Positions 12,515-24,355 of a stretch of 40,132 nt of DNA are shown here, piece by piece (position 1 is the stretch's first letter; each line of letters starts with the position of its first letter). A program made the position numbers and the translations under genes. The DNA comes from Perkinsus chesapeaki ATCC PRA-425 (Eukaryota > Protista > Perkinsozoa), in assembly GCA_013115145.1 (NCBI GenBank), contig JAAPAO010000317.1, positions 1 through 40,132 of the forward strand. Direction: 5' to 3'. Below the pieces are notes generated by a model. It worked only from the letters and a program-made list of their open reading frames with translations. It was not told the DNA's origin and did not search any database.

Positions 12515-13210
12515 ATGTCAACAGGAAGCTATGTTAACCGTAGAGGTGGTGATGATGTAACAAAATTGAATAATGTTGTGATACGAACGATGGATGAGAA
12601 GGAACAAAGGGAGTTTATAAGAAATATGAAAGATATTATAGATGGGTGTAGCAAAAGATGGAGAGAATATCAATTATTATTAACATTATTAACAATGAGT
12701 TGGTATACAGTGGCATTAATACAAGAAATAAGCGGTATAATATTAACTAATATCAATTGGAGATTATCTGTTATACAATTAATAATATCATTTATAGCAT
12801 CACCATCTATACCTTTATTATATCCATCACCTTATCATTATATACCAATAACATTATTATCTATATACATTATAATATCATCATTAATAAATACATATAA
12901 TATATCTATTATGGATCATGAAGATGCAGTCAAAGAAAGGATTAATAAAAGAATAACAATTAAAACATTCACTATTATAATTATTTATATAATTATATGG
13001 ATAATATCTTATAGGTAGTAATATGATATTTAATTATCTTTATTATTAATAATTAGTACATCCTTCTCATCCTCTACAACTACTACTACCAACAGCAGCA
13101 GCAGCGGCAGCATTATATTAATAAGAAGTTGGGTATTACTATTAGCAGCACCAATAACATCATTATTTGGATTATTTGTACAACATTCTATATATAATGC
13201 TCATTTGTAA
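12515..13210 (+). CDS. Hypothetical multi-pass membrane protein, 2 exons
   Basis: 167-aa ORF with several hydrophobic segments. Intron 13015-13057 joins it in frame to STSFSS...IILIRSWVLLLAAPITSLFGLFVQHSIYNAHL*. Family not recognised. Confidence 0.6.
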
Positions 13211-13419
13211 TAATAATAATAAAAGCTAGGTAATTATTAGTATATATTTCAGAGGTATACTAAAACTAAGTCAACTAAAGTACAGCAGTAGCAGTAGCTG
13301 AAATGAACAGTAACGTGAGCTTTAAAAACGTCATCATTAATTGTGAACTATGTTGTGTTGAAGATTATTATTATCAGTGATAGGAATAATAATAACATTA
13401 TCATACCACCCCCACCATT

Positions 13420-14473
13420 ATGAAAAGAAGTAGGAGATGTAAGGGTAAATGGTTAAGTGTATTAATATTAATTGGTATAATATATACAAATCCAATAATA
13501 ATAATAAATAGCTGTTTATTATTATTAAAACCGTGTAATAATACTACCTCTATGACACTTGAACCATTTGGAGATGATAATTATGGTATACATGCATTTC
13601 ATAATACAATTAATACGTTAATAACATCATCATCACCAACAAGAAGAAATGACAGGAGAAGGCAACACGATACTAATTATGATATGACTAGTATTAATAC
13701 TAACAGCGTTAGCAGCAATCGAAGAATGAGTGCCGCATTGCTATCAGCATGGGCATTATCAATTAATAATAATGGTAATTATATATTAAATAATAGGATA
13801 ATATTATTACTATGTTATTAGATAATTATTATCATCATAAACCATCATATACAAGTAGTAGTATATTAGGAAAATATAATAGAACAGTTATGTTTTATAG
13901 TCCTTATGTAGTTATAATGATAATGAATAATAGACAATAATAATGATAATAGGTACCACAATGTAAATATGTATTAAGTAAATTAAAGGATAGTTATGGT
14001 TTAGTTAAAGAATCACCATTATTACTTGATATATCCATAAATCCATTAAATGAGAAATTATGGCGTAATATATCATCAAGGTTATGTGGCGGAATGATGG
14101 TATTACCAATAATGTAATAATACTATAATATAGCATTATTATTAATAGTAGTAGTATTAGTTATACCGTATATAATTATTATTAGATATGATATTAATAC
14201 TGGTTATGCATTATGTGGTGATAGTGATATATTATCTATAGCATTATGGTCTAAAGGGTAATATATACTTACTATATAGATAGGATGATTAAGTAGTAGT
14301 ATTATTATATTAATAATATTGTTAGTTATCCTCCTATACCTAATAAAAGTATTAAATATCTCAGAGGTGGTGGTAGACATATTGATTATGGAGCAGATGA
14401 TATTAATAATAGATCATTTAATGACTGGTTTAAGTTAATATTACAATCCTTTCATATACTACGTATTACTTAA
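13420..14473 (+). CDS. Divergent thioredoxin-fold protein with a long N-terminal leader (signal-like segment plus S/T/R-rich stretch)
   Basis: Spliced C-terminal part reads VMFYSPYV|PQCKYVLSKLK...LLDISINPLNEKLWRNISSRLCGGMMVLPIM...DINTGYALCGDSDIISIALWSKG. This resembles the Trx-like family pattern CGGVPFFYNxxTGxxICG...LxxWAxG. The CxxC motif is not intact. Confidence 0.5.
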
Positions 14474-14556
14474 TGATGTTTCTAACAACAATAACTGTGA
14501 TGAGGTTGGTGATGTGTTAATAGTTATAATAATAATGTCATTAATGATGCTGTAGA

Positions 14557-17368
14557 ATGTCTAAATTAATAAGTGATATAATATATGAATTATTATTATC
14601 ATCATCATCTAGTAAGATATTGATATTATCATTATGGATAACTGGTATAATATGGTTAAGTATATTTAATGTATTAGATAGGTGATGATATATTATTATA
14701 ATATTCTTATTAATAGTTATTATTATACATCAATTTAGACCTACTGAAATAGAGGAGCATTCCTTAGCACCTGGATTAACACCATTTACCTTTGATAACC
14801 CCTTAAAGTAGTAGTGAGCTTATTAAGTAGTAGTAGTATACAAGTAATTATTATTAGATATGAATATTGGAGCAATGAATTAATGTCACGTAGAGGAGGT
14901 ATTATTGATGTCCCTACATATAACTTTACTACCATACAAGGTGAAGGTGGTAGTAGTTATGATGATGATATTATTATTATTAACACTATTATTACAATAT
15001 ATTATAGATACATCATCATCATCATCTTCATCTTCATCTTCTTCATCATCACCATTACCATTCAGTATAATACAAAGCAAAAGAGGCGATGGTAGAGAAT
15101 CTGTTGTTGTGGTAGTAGTAGTAATTAATAGTAATTAATAAAATTATTATTAGTAACGTCGTCGTTTATTATTATTAGGTTGTAAGTGGTGATGATATTG
15201 AACATATTGAAGCGTTTGGATCAACTTTAACACGTTTATTCAATACCGTACAATGGCTCTCGAAAGATGTTATTATTTTATTTGCTATTGATAATAATGT
15301 ATATTCTGTTAATGAATGGCTCCAAGGGTAACGATTAATATTATATTATTATCATATTTGTAAGTATTAATTGTTATTATTAGTATTACAATGCGTGAAT
15401 ATAGTAAAGACTGTGATATACCCGATATAGGTATAATAAGGCAATGTGTAGTTATTGATATTACTATGGATAAGTAATAATAATAATAATAATCATAATA
15501 TACTTATTAATAATAATAGCATATTCATTTAGAGGTAATGGTGTATTAATAGAGTATGATGGTATTAATGGTATACAAGTTAATCAAGATTGGCCAAATG
15601 CTTATATTATTGAAGCTAAACGTACTATTATTTAAAGCTACTACTTATAAAAAAATAACAACCATTATACTACTACAAGCAATAATAATAATAATCATAT
15701 TGTTGTTGTTATTATTATTAGGTTGTGGTTTAGAAGTTAATATTAATAATATATGGCAAACTGTTATTAAACAATCAATAAATGGTAATGTTAATTCATT
15801 ACATTCACCATTTTTAACACAACAAATACCAGCATTTACAGTTAGAACATTCGCTGGAACTAATATTAAAAATGTAGCTAAATCAATAGAAGGTAGTAAT
15901 AGTAGCAGGAGCAGGAGGAGGAATAGTGTTGTTATCATGGTCATGGTTATCATTATAGTATTAGGTATTATACATTGTTCATCATCGATGCTACAACAGC
16001 TACATCATAGTTTTAATGTGTATTTTTATAATACACCATCAACACATGTATCCAATGGTCTATTTTTATATCCAATAATAGCAATATTATCACCAATAAT
16101 AGCAAAAGCATTTCAACAACCATTACAACAACAAAAAAGGGTAAGTATTGGTAAGAATGGTATTATTCACTATACTACTATAACTACTAGAGTTGTATTA
16201 TTATTATTACTCTTATTATTATTATTATTATTATTCAGTTATCGTTATATTCTTTTATTATATCATCGTCATTAATAATATGTATTATTTTAACAATTGG
16301 AACAACACTAATGTATACTATAACACATATCATTACACCTACTGACATAAAGTGTAATAATATGAATAATAATAAAATAATGTTGTTACTAGTTTAATAT
16401 TGATAAATTAATAATGTGTAGGTAATATTAATAAGTATAAGTATAATGATGATAGAAGTAGTATTATTATTATTGGTATATTGATATGTATAGCTATATT
16501 AACTACAATAACAATAATTATTAATAAACTAATAAATAATAATAAAGGTAAAAATGAATAACACTAATAGGTGTAGTACGTATTAGTATTATTAGTATTA
16601 GTAGTAGTTGTTGTTGTTGTATTTAGATTATTATTATTATAATGTAAGACTATGTTGGACGGATATATCATCATCTGCCTCATTAATATATTTAACATTA
16701 TTATTACCTTTAATGTTAATTAATTGGTAATAACAACAACAACATGATGATGATGACTGTTCATATGTTGAATAAATGCATATCTAGTTGTCATTATAAT
16801 AATTATGCTACTACTCAGGTCGTTGGTCGTTCCGACAGTATTAATAATAACACCATTTTTAGCATTTGCACATCCATTACAGAAAAGGAAGATGATAATA
16901 TTAATAAGTGTCATTGTTATAATAGCAAGTATAATTATTATGATATACAATAACAACAACAAGAAGAAGCAATATGTATTATTATATTATATATTAAATA
17001 TACTACCCAAACATATAAATAGCATATATTATAATACATTATTACCATTAGTACCAAATAAATGTAAACAATATATGCCATCAAAGCTTATAGATTTTAT
17101 AACTAATATACCCTTGATTACAGAACAAGAATCATCCAAGGGACTTCAACAACAACAACTTTATTATTTACATGTAATAATGTTAATACATAAAAGTAAT
17201 TATAATTGTTGTTATTATATAACAGCAGGATATACTATTAAATTGGTGCGTGAAGGATTGGTTATGTGTAAGGGGATTATTGTTACCAGTATTATGTTAT
17301 TTAATCATACCATCTATTACATTATGGTTTATCATATCATTCTGTTTAACAACAACAACAACTATTAA
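14557..17368 (+). CDS. GPAA1: GPI transamidase component GAA1/GPAA1, multi-exon; 3' exons approximate
   Basis: N-terminal TM, then EEHSLAPGL (cf. SENALxPG), IIQSKRGDGRESVVV (cf. LRAPRGDGTEALVL), QWLSKDVIILF, EYDGINGIQVNQD (cf. EGxNGQLPNLD) and SMLQQLHHSFNVYF (cf. LLEHLHQSFFFY), followed by multiple TMs. Confidence 0.88.
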
Positions 17369-17387
17369 CAATGATGATAATCTAAGG

Positions 17388-17654
17388 TGGTGATGGTGAT
17401 GCTCAGTATATTGTTGTTATTATTATTCACATTATATTTATTATCAGTTATTTAATAAACAATAAACAAGAATCAAAGAGAAATGGAATACAATCAATCC
17501 GTGATATTATAATCTTTACATCAATATCAGTTACCATAGGAATCTCTGGAGGTAGTGTAATTACTTGTTATTATTATCATGTTGGTACAATAATAATATA
17601 GGTATTATATGGAGAAGTATGACTAGTGCTGGACTCGGTGATATAAACATATAA
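17388..17654 (+). other. Possible small spliced coding segment (extra GPAA1 tail or separate small membrane protein)
   Basis: KQESKRNGIQSIRDIIIFTSISVTIGISG|GIIWRSMTSAGLGDINI* splices in frame over a GT-AG intron. No start codon was found. Confidence 0.3.
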
Positions 17655-17922
17655 TAACAATGAAAGTATACTACTTTCCAACATCATCATCGTCATCATA
17701 ATATTATTATTGCATTATCTGATAATAATAATAATAGTGGTGTTGTTGTTTTTGTTAATATAACTACTTTCTGTCAACACAAGATTAATTATTATTATTT
17801 ATAGTGGAAACTGTGGATTTGGGAATCATCCAAATACCTACTATTGCTACTCGGTATTATACTTATAAGTATTATCAAATATAATAATTATTATTCTGTG
17901 TGAGTTGTTATCATTACTATTA

Positions 17923-19245
17923 CTACCATACACCAGCACAAATAGCGGATTGAGCTGAATGTATATCGGTTATCTTACCTTTAAATACCAGAATAGATTC
18001 GGAAATATTCTTATTATTAGAAGTATATTGTAAAGAGGGATAGTTAAGCACCGTTTTACTGGTGGTCTTTTCACGACTACCAGAGATAGTGGAAGAAAAG
18101 ATATCATCATCAACAACAACATCGTGAATACAACGATAAGCATGAACATTATCAACATGAGCAGCAGCAGCAGCATCATCAGCATTACTATCAAAGTCTA
18201 ATAACAACTCTTCATTTACTTCCTCATGTATGGTTGTTTCACATGATAATGCGAAAAGTGATGGAGTAGAAGTAGTAGTACCTTGTTGTTGTTGATGATG
18301 AGGTTTAGCGGAAGAAGAAGAGACAATATGAATATGGATATTGTGAGCTTCAGCGACAGCACGAAAAAACTCACACGATGATGATGATGATGATGAACAC
18401 TTTAACAAGAATGATGGAACATTCATAGCAAGCATACATTCATAATCATCAAGCATTCCCATAATAGGAAAAGTACGATAATCTTTATTTGAATAAGAAG
18501 GATAAATTAATCTGATATTTTTACAACAGGATAATACCGTAGTAGTATTATTATAATTATTAATATCATCATACTGCATGATAGATATTGCCCTATTACA
18601 AGTATCAACTAATGCATTAATATCACCAAAATGAGATGACAATGTTAAGCAGATAATTCTCTCAGTATGATAGATCATTGATAAGGTCGGATCAACAAAA
18701 GGTTTGCAATGCTCCATCACTCGATTCAGTAATTCTTGTCCAATAACCGAAATATATACACAACTTTGTTGCTTACCATTATAATTATTATTATTTGTTG
18801 TTGTTGTTGTTGAGGTAATAGTGGATGTGGATAATATATATTCAGTAATAAGAATACGTACAAGATAGGTAAGCATATTAAGCGATCGGGCAGCAATTAC
18901 CAGAATCCTCAATTTAGAATTAGGGAAATAATGTCCTCGAGGGGAAAATCTAATCGATGTTTGAGTAGGAGACTCCACCGATATAATATTAGATCCTTGA
19001 GGTCCCATTAAAATAGAAGCTACAGAATCTGGAACAAGGAATTTAGCATAATAAGGTCCTTCATGAAAGAGACGTTCTTTGCTGCTACGAACTTTCCTTT
19101 TATAATAACTATTTGAACCACCACCAACAGTAGAAGCAGCACCACTTATGTATTTAAACCGACTTCGAATACCACCACAACTACTACCACGACCACCACC
19201 ACTCTGCCCAAGTAGGGGAGGAGAGTTAACCAAATGAGGAAGCAT
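17923..19245 (-). CDS. NOVA/PCBP-like KH-domain RNA-binding protein, one long uninterrupted ORF (440 aa)
   Basis: YYAKFLVPDSVASILMGPQGSNIISVESPTQTSIRFSPRGHYFPNSKLRILVIAA aligns by eye with NOVA KH1 ([20 protein letters not shown]...[20 protein letters not shown]). The C-terminal ESILVFKGKITDIHSAQSAI looks like a KH terminal helix. Confidence 0.75.
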   Translation of the reverse strand: MLPHLVNSPPLLGQSGGGRGSSCGGIRSRFKYISGAASTVGGGSNSYYKRKVRSSKERLFHEGPYYAKFLVPDSVASILMGPQGSNIISVESPTQTSIRFSPRGHYFPNSKLRILVIAARSLNMLTYLVRILITEYILSTSTITSTTTTTNNNNYNGKQQSCVYISVIGQELLNRVMEHCKPFVDPTLSMIYHTERIICLTLSSHFGDINALVDTCNRAISIMQYDDINNYNNTTTVLSCCKNIRLIYPSYSNKDYRTFPIMGMLDDYECMLAMNVPSFLLKCSSSSSSSCEFFRAVAEAHNIHIHIVSSSSAKPHHQQQQGTTTSTPSLFALSCETTIHEEVNEELLLDFDSNADDAAAAAHVDNVHAYRCIHDVVVDDDIFSSTISGSREKTTSKTVLNYPSLQYTSNNKNISESILVFKGKITDIHSAQSAICAGVW

Positions 19246-19342
19246 TATCGTAATAGAACACTAATTAGTAATAGTAGTAAACAGTTATGTTGTATGGAAT
19301 AACTGGACGGTATGAAAATTCCTAAACGCGATAGATAATTGG

Positions 19343-19396
19343 AAAAAGGGGGCGGATCCTGTGACGTGACACCGATTCTCATGTGACATGTCACAG
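19343..19396. promoter_or_regulatory. GC-rich palindromic element ~100-150 bp upstream of the KH gene
   Basis: AAAAAGGGGGCGGATCCTGTGACGTGAC... followed by the perfect 14-bp palindrome TGTGACATGTCACA (19382-19395). Function is inferred from position only. Confidence 0.35.
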
Positions 19397-19637
19397 AATT
19401 AGAGCCTGTCTCCATGAAAATAGGTTGATATATTCCTTATAACACACTTTACATTGGATATTTGTCCATTATTTATATACATATACCACAACCATGTAGT
19501 GTAGATATTGTTCCATCCATAGTTGTATGATAATTCAGCGATTATAATGCAAATAAGGTGACAGAAAGGCGCAATTGATGGAGCGGGGGAACACCAAAAG
19601 CTAATAATAATCTGTTGAAACATCTTCTGTACTACTA

Positions 19638-21772
19638 CTACCATACTTGAAGATTACGATCATACGGTTTATATTTATTATACAATTGTCGAACGCTTTT
19701 AACGTAAATAGCATGATATTTATCAACTTCATCTTTGCTTGGATTACGTATACATGGTAACTTTAATGGTGTACCATATACAATTCTTAGGCTTCCTCTT
19801 TTTGGTAATATTGGTAGAAGCCAATGCCCTAAACCCCATACCTGATAAATGATAACAACTACTTTATCTTATTATTATTACTGCAGGTATCTGAAATGTA
19901 CCACTATTTAACCAAAACCGAAATGACCACATTCCTTGTACCTTAATAATAATTAGACGATAATAACTAGTACGTTATGGATTATTACATTAGAATAAGT
20001 ATCTGTCTCACCAAATCCATATATAGGTGTTAATGAATATCCTTCATGAAGAGCATATCGAACAAAACCTTTCCTAAATGTATTAGTAACAACATAATGG
20101 ATGTGTGTTAATAATACTACTACTACCTTCCATTATTAATATAAATCCTATCTGTACCAGGACATGTTATAGTTGCTTCATGGAATCCGCCAGTAACCAA
20201 TACCTTTAATAACAGTTCAACAACAATAACAATGGTGCACCTTATACAATAAATACTTACACAACTTTTACCACTTTCTAATAGTCTTTTGAATTCTTTA
20301 CGTCCAGCTCCACCAAATGATACACCACATATATCAAATAATATCTTCCAACTTGGGCAGAACCATCTAGTAGTATTAGTAGTATATTACTAACAACATA
20401 ACAACCAATGTTATTATTATTACTACCTTAAGAAAGGTGATGCGACCATTACAGGATAATTATCAGGATTATTATCTAATTCATAAAATAGGAACCGTAT
20501 GCTTGTACATAAACCTGACATTATTAATACTACCATAAAGCAACAACAATCTCAATGAGGTAGTAGTAGTAGTATTATTATATTACCAATAGCAATAGCA
20601 CCATGAGGATGATAACAATATATAGTCTTATTTTTACTAGGTTTATGTTCAAATATAACATTAACACCATCATTAAACCAATATTCACATCCTTTTAGTA
20701 GATAATCTCTAACTCCTGGGCCTACAATAATAATATATTATGATTATTATTAATACCACTTACATTCTGGAAAATCTATTAATATAGCTGATGACCATAA
20801 TGATAATAACGCAGTTAGTGTTTTCCAGTTACCTTTAATAAAGGTATAACTGATAACAACATTAATATTAATTATTATTATTATTATCAATTAATAATTT
20901 GATTAAAGATATTATTATTATTATTACAGTATAAATATTGGAAATAATATTGTTGATGACCATAAGAATGCTAATGTTAACATACTTGATAGTATACATA
21001 ACCATCTTTTAAATGGATTCACTTGACGTTTAGTTATATAACCATGTTTAATATCATCATCAGTTATTATTGGACTATCATCATTATCATTTACCGATGC
21101 TATTGTTGAATTGTCATCATCATCATTATCATTGACTATTGTTGACNNNNNNNNNNNNNNNNNNNNNNNNNNNNNNNNNNNNNNNNNNNNNNNNNNNNNN
21201 NNNNNNNNNNNNNNNNNNNNNNNNNNNNNNNNNNNNNNNNNNNGACTCAGTTATTATTGGACTATCATCATTATCATTGACTATTGTTGACTCAGTTATT
21301 ATTGGACTATCATCATTATCATTGACTATTGTTGACTCAGTTATTATTGGACTATCATCATATATATTACTTATATAATACTTACCGAAAGGTATTGTAC
21401 CTAGAATTGTCTGGTGCCATTATTAATGATGATATAACGTTAATAATAATATTATTACTATTATTATTAATAACCCATTTTGTCCATTTTGTTATGATAC
21501 TATCATATATTATAGATTCATCCCCTGTAGTTGATGATGTTAGATAAAGGCTAACACCAGGTAAAGCACTAATACCTATACTACTATTGTGAAATAATAT
21601 TTATTATTACTAATAATGTATTATTACTAGTAAACTTGAAAGGAGTTGTATAATATAATCGTCGTGCATTATTAATTGTTGTTGTTGTTATGGTCTTTGA
21701 CGGTTTTGTTATTATATATGATTTTATATTTGTTAAACGCTGAGTTAATATTGGTGTAATCCATGATAACAT
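19638..21772 (-). CDS. DGAT2: Diacylglycerol acyltransferase 2 (DGAT2/MOGAT family) with a long N-terminal extension, multi-exon
   Basis: IYCYHPHGAIAIG (HPHG motif), MVASPFLR, GGFHEA, YSLTPIYGFGETDTY, and LPKRGSLRIVYGTPLKLP...PSKDEVDKYHAIY...LQVW*. Linkage of the most 5' exon (ATG 21772) is likely but unverified. Confidence 0.92.
21050..21360 (-). repeat. 45-bp coding tandem repeat (STIVNDNDDSPIITE)n in the DGAT2 N-terminal region, spanning an N gap
   Basis: The unit gactcagttattattggactatcatcattatcattgactattgtt is repeated. Only one minus frame is open. Confidence 0.85.
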
Positions 21773-21846
21773 TAATATTAACGCTTAGTATTAACATACT
21801 ACTACCAACGAAAACAAGATAAACAAAATAAATGTAGAGAATATAT

Positions 21847-23182
21847 TTAATGTTGTTGTTGTTGTTGTTCTCCTTGTGTTTTTGTTGTTGTTATACCACT
21901 ATTATGATACAATGATATAATATCATCACTAGTCACACCACATTCATTTACTCTTAATCTTTGACCATCAAAACTAGTAGGCATTTTACTTTCAAATAAT
22001 GCTATAAAATCTGCATAATCTTGTAATCTTTTTTGCCATTTATTCCAATAATCATAATCTTTAACTGCATTAGGTTCAGGTAACTTAATAAATCTTATTA
22101 AATCACTACTACTATCTATTGTTGGATTAAATCCAATACCTCTTAATAATAATACGGCACCAGGTAAGCATCCAATATTATCATTAAATGATTGATTTGC
22201 TAACCGTATTGTACGTAATTGCTCATCTTCAGGTGTTGATGCAATTGCTGTTATATATTCACATAATTTTTGTAAATGTATTCTAAATTCAGCAACTGTC
22301 ATATTATTAGTAGATAACATCTCCTTTATAGCAGTACATACTAATAATAATAGCAATAATAATACTTATTATTATTATCACTACCTTTAGTATCCTCATC
22401 CATTGATCTTATCTTATCCTCTTCAGCTTTCCTTTGTGCCATTAATTCAGCATCTTGTGCTTCAGCTTTTTCCTAAATATCGAAAGTCCATAGTGTATTA
22501 GCATTATAGTACTACCTTATCGGCTGCATCCTTCTCTTCTTGAGCTCTTTCTGCTTCACTTCTTGCTTTATCAAAATCAGCTGCCCATTTAGCTCTTTGT
22601 TCGATATCACTTTCTATTGCATCCTTTTTATATTGTTTTTGTCTCTATATTATTATTATCAAGTGTTGCCCCATTATCCCTATTACTTCATCTTCTCTTC
22701 TTTTCCTATCTTTTTCTTGTAATGCTGCATGTTCAAATACAGGTTGTATAATATCTTCATATTGATCATATACTTCTTCATATTTCTCTATTAATCCTTC
22801 AACCTATTATTGTAATGATATTATTCTATAATAACACCACCACCACTACCACCCATAGCCTTAGCTATTACCTTAGCTTTCATTTTAGGACCATATACAG
22901 CATTATCTGGATTCTTATCACCATCTAATATACGCTTTTTAAACTTCAATATATAATTACCACACTCTTGTAATAACGACTCAAACTCATTATATTGTTG
23001 TAAATCCTCTTTTGTGGGTAATCTAATAATAATAAGTAGTAGTATTAGTAGTATTGTTATTTATTAATATACTCTTGTTATTATTACTCATCTCTTCCTC
23101 TTGGCATATGATTATTTACCAATGTTTCATGTGATTCTAATAATTTATCAAATATACCTTCTGCTTTCTTAAATTCAGTCAT
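21847..23182 (-). CDS. Coiled-coil plus PUB (PUG) domain protein, probable p97/VCP cofactor, multi-exon
   Basis: MTEFKKAEGIFDKLL..., charged coiled-coil exons, then LQKLCEYITAIASTPEDEQLRTIRLANQSFNDNIGCLPGAVLLLRGIGF, a typical PUB signature. Confidence 0.85.
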
Positions 23183-23302
23183 ACTAGTACTACTAAGTAA
23201 AAATAACTATAATGAATACCACTACTACTAGTTGAACAAAATAATAATAGTTAATTCATAATTAAACTAATAATACTATTTGGTCATGTAGTAGTATTAT
23301 TA

Positions 23303-24284
23303 TTATACTAATTCAACCTTTCCTTCTTCTACATATGTTTTAATAACATCATAAGATAATATATATGTTCTACCCTTTACTAAATCCATATCAATATAAT
23401 CACGCACTGACCTGTAGTAATAATAAGATACTTAATATTATCATTATTATTACTTATTCCATACCCGTATTGTATTATGAGATGAACTATCGCTAATAAG
23501 GGATAGATTATCTATAATTTTAGCAACTACTGTTGTATTATTAATATTAGGTGTACGTATCATATTCCCCATAGTATCATTATCATTATCCAACATCTAT
23601 ATATTAATAATAATAATATTCACCATCTTTATTACTACTTTAAATGCTTTAAACCCCTCTCCATTGGGCATTGTATGTAGGAATGATTCATCCATATGCT
23701 CAATAATACTATTCGACAAACTAATATTAATTATATAATACTAACAATGATTATTATTACCTTTCAATAAATACCCTTTCTAATGAGCTTAACCTATCTA
23801 AATGATGTCTGATATAATAATACTATTAATAATATTATTAATATTATTATTATCACTTTAAATAGTAAGTTGGATATTTTTGTATTTTCCATAATCTTGT
23901 ACGTAGATATGATTTTATCATATATTGTGTTCTCATTAACTAATAATAATTATAATAACAGCATTATTATTTACTATTACATCTATTTTTAATATCTCTA
24001 ATAATACTACATCTCCTCTTATATCATTACCATCAATTATATCATGCTGATAATAATAACATTATTATTATTATATATAGTTTTACTTTATATTGCATAT
24101 ATTCAGTAACATTATTAATAAGTTCACTTTCATAATGTAATATCTCTGGGCACCTTAATTCCTGTTTATAAGCCTTTTCTAATACAAAATGTCATATTGC
24201 CCAATCCTTAATAGTATTATTACTTAATTTATTTAATAATGTTAATCTGATGCCATCTGCCTCCTTATCTATTAATAATGACAT
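23303..24284 (-). CDS. GINS4: GINS complex subunit Sld5 (GINS4), multi-exon
   Basis: MSLLIDKEADGIRLTLLNKL|RKGYKQELRCPEILHYESELINNV; LSSLERVF; MDESFLHTMP; MIRTPNIN; and IDMDLVKGRTYIISYDVIKTYVEEGKVELV*, which matches the Sld5 C-terminal B-domain pattern. Confidence 0.85.
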
Positions 24285-24355
24285 ACTGTAATATTAATAA
24301 TAACTAATATGTGAAATTACTAATAACACAAACATAATAATGATAATGATTATTA

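Noticed and set aside
5003-21360. CRISPR-like arrays (31-, 51- and 45-bp repeats)
   Set aside because: The units are head-to-tail with no unique spacers, the context is eukaryotic, and two of the arrays are in-frame coding repeats.
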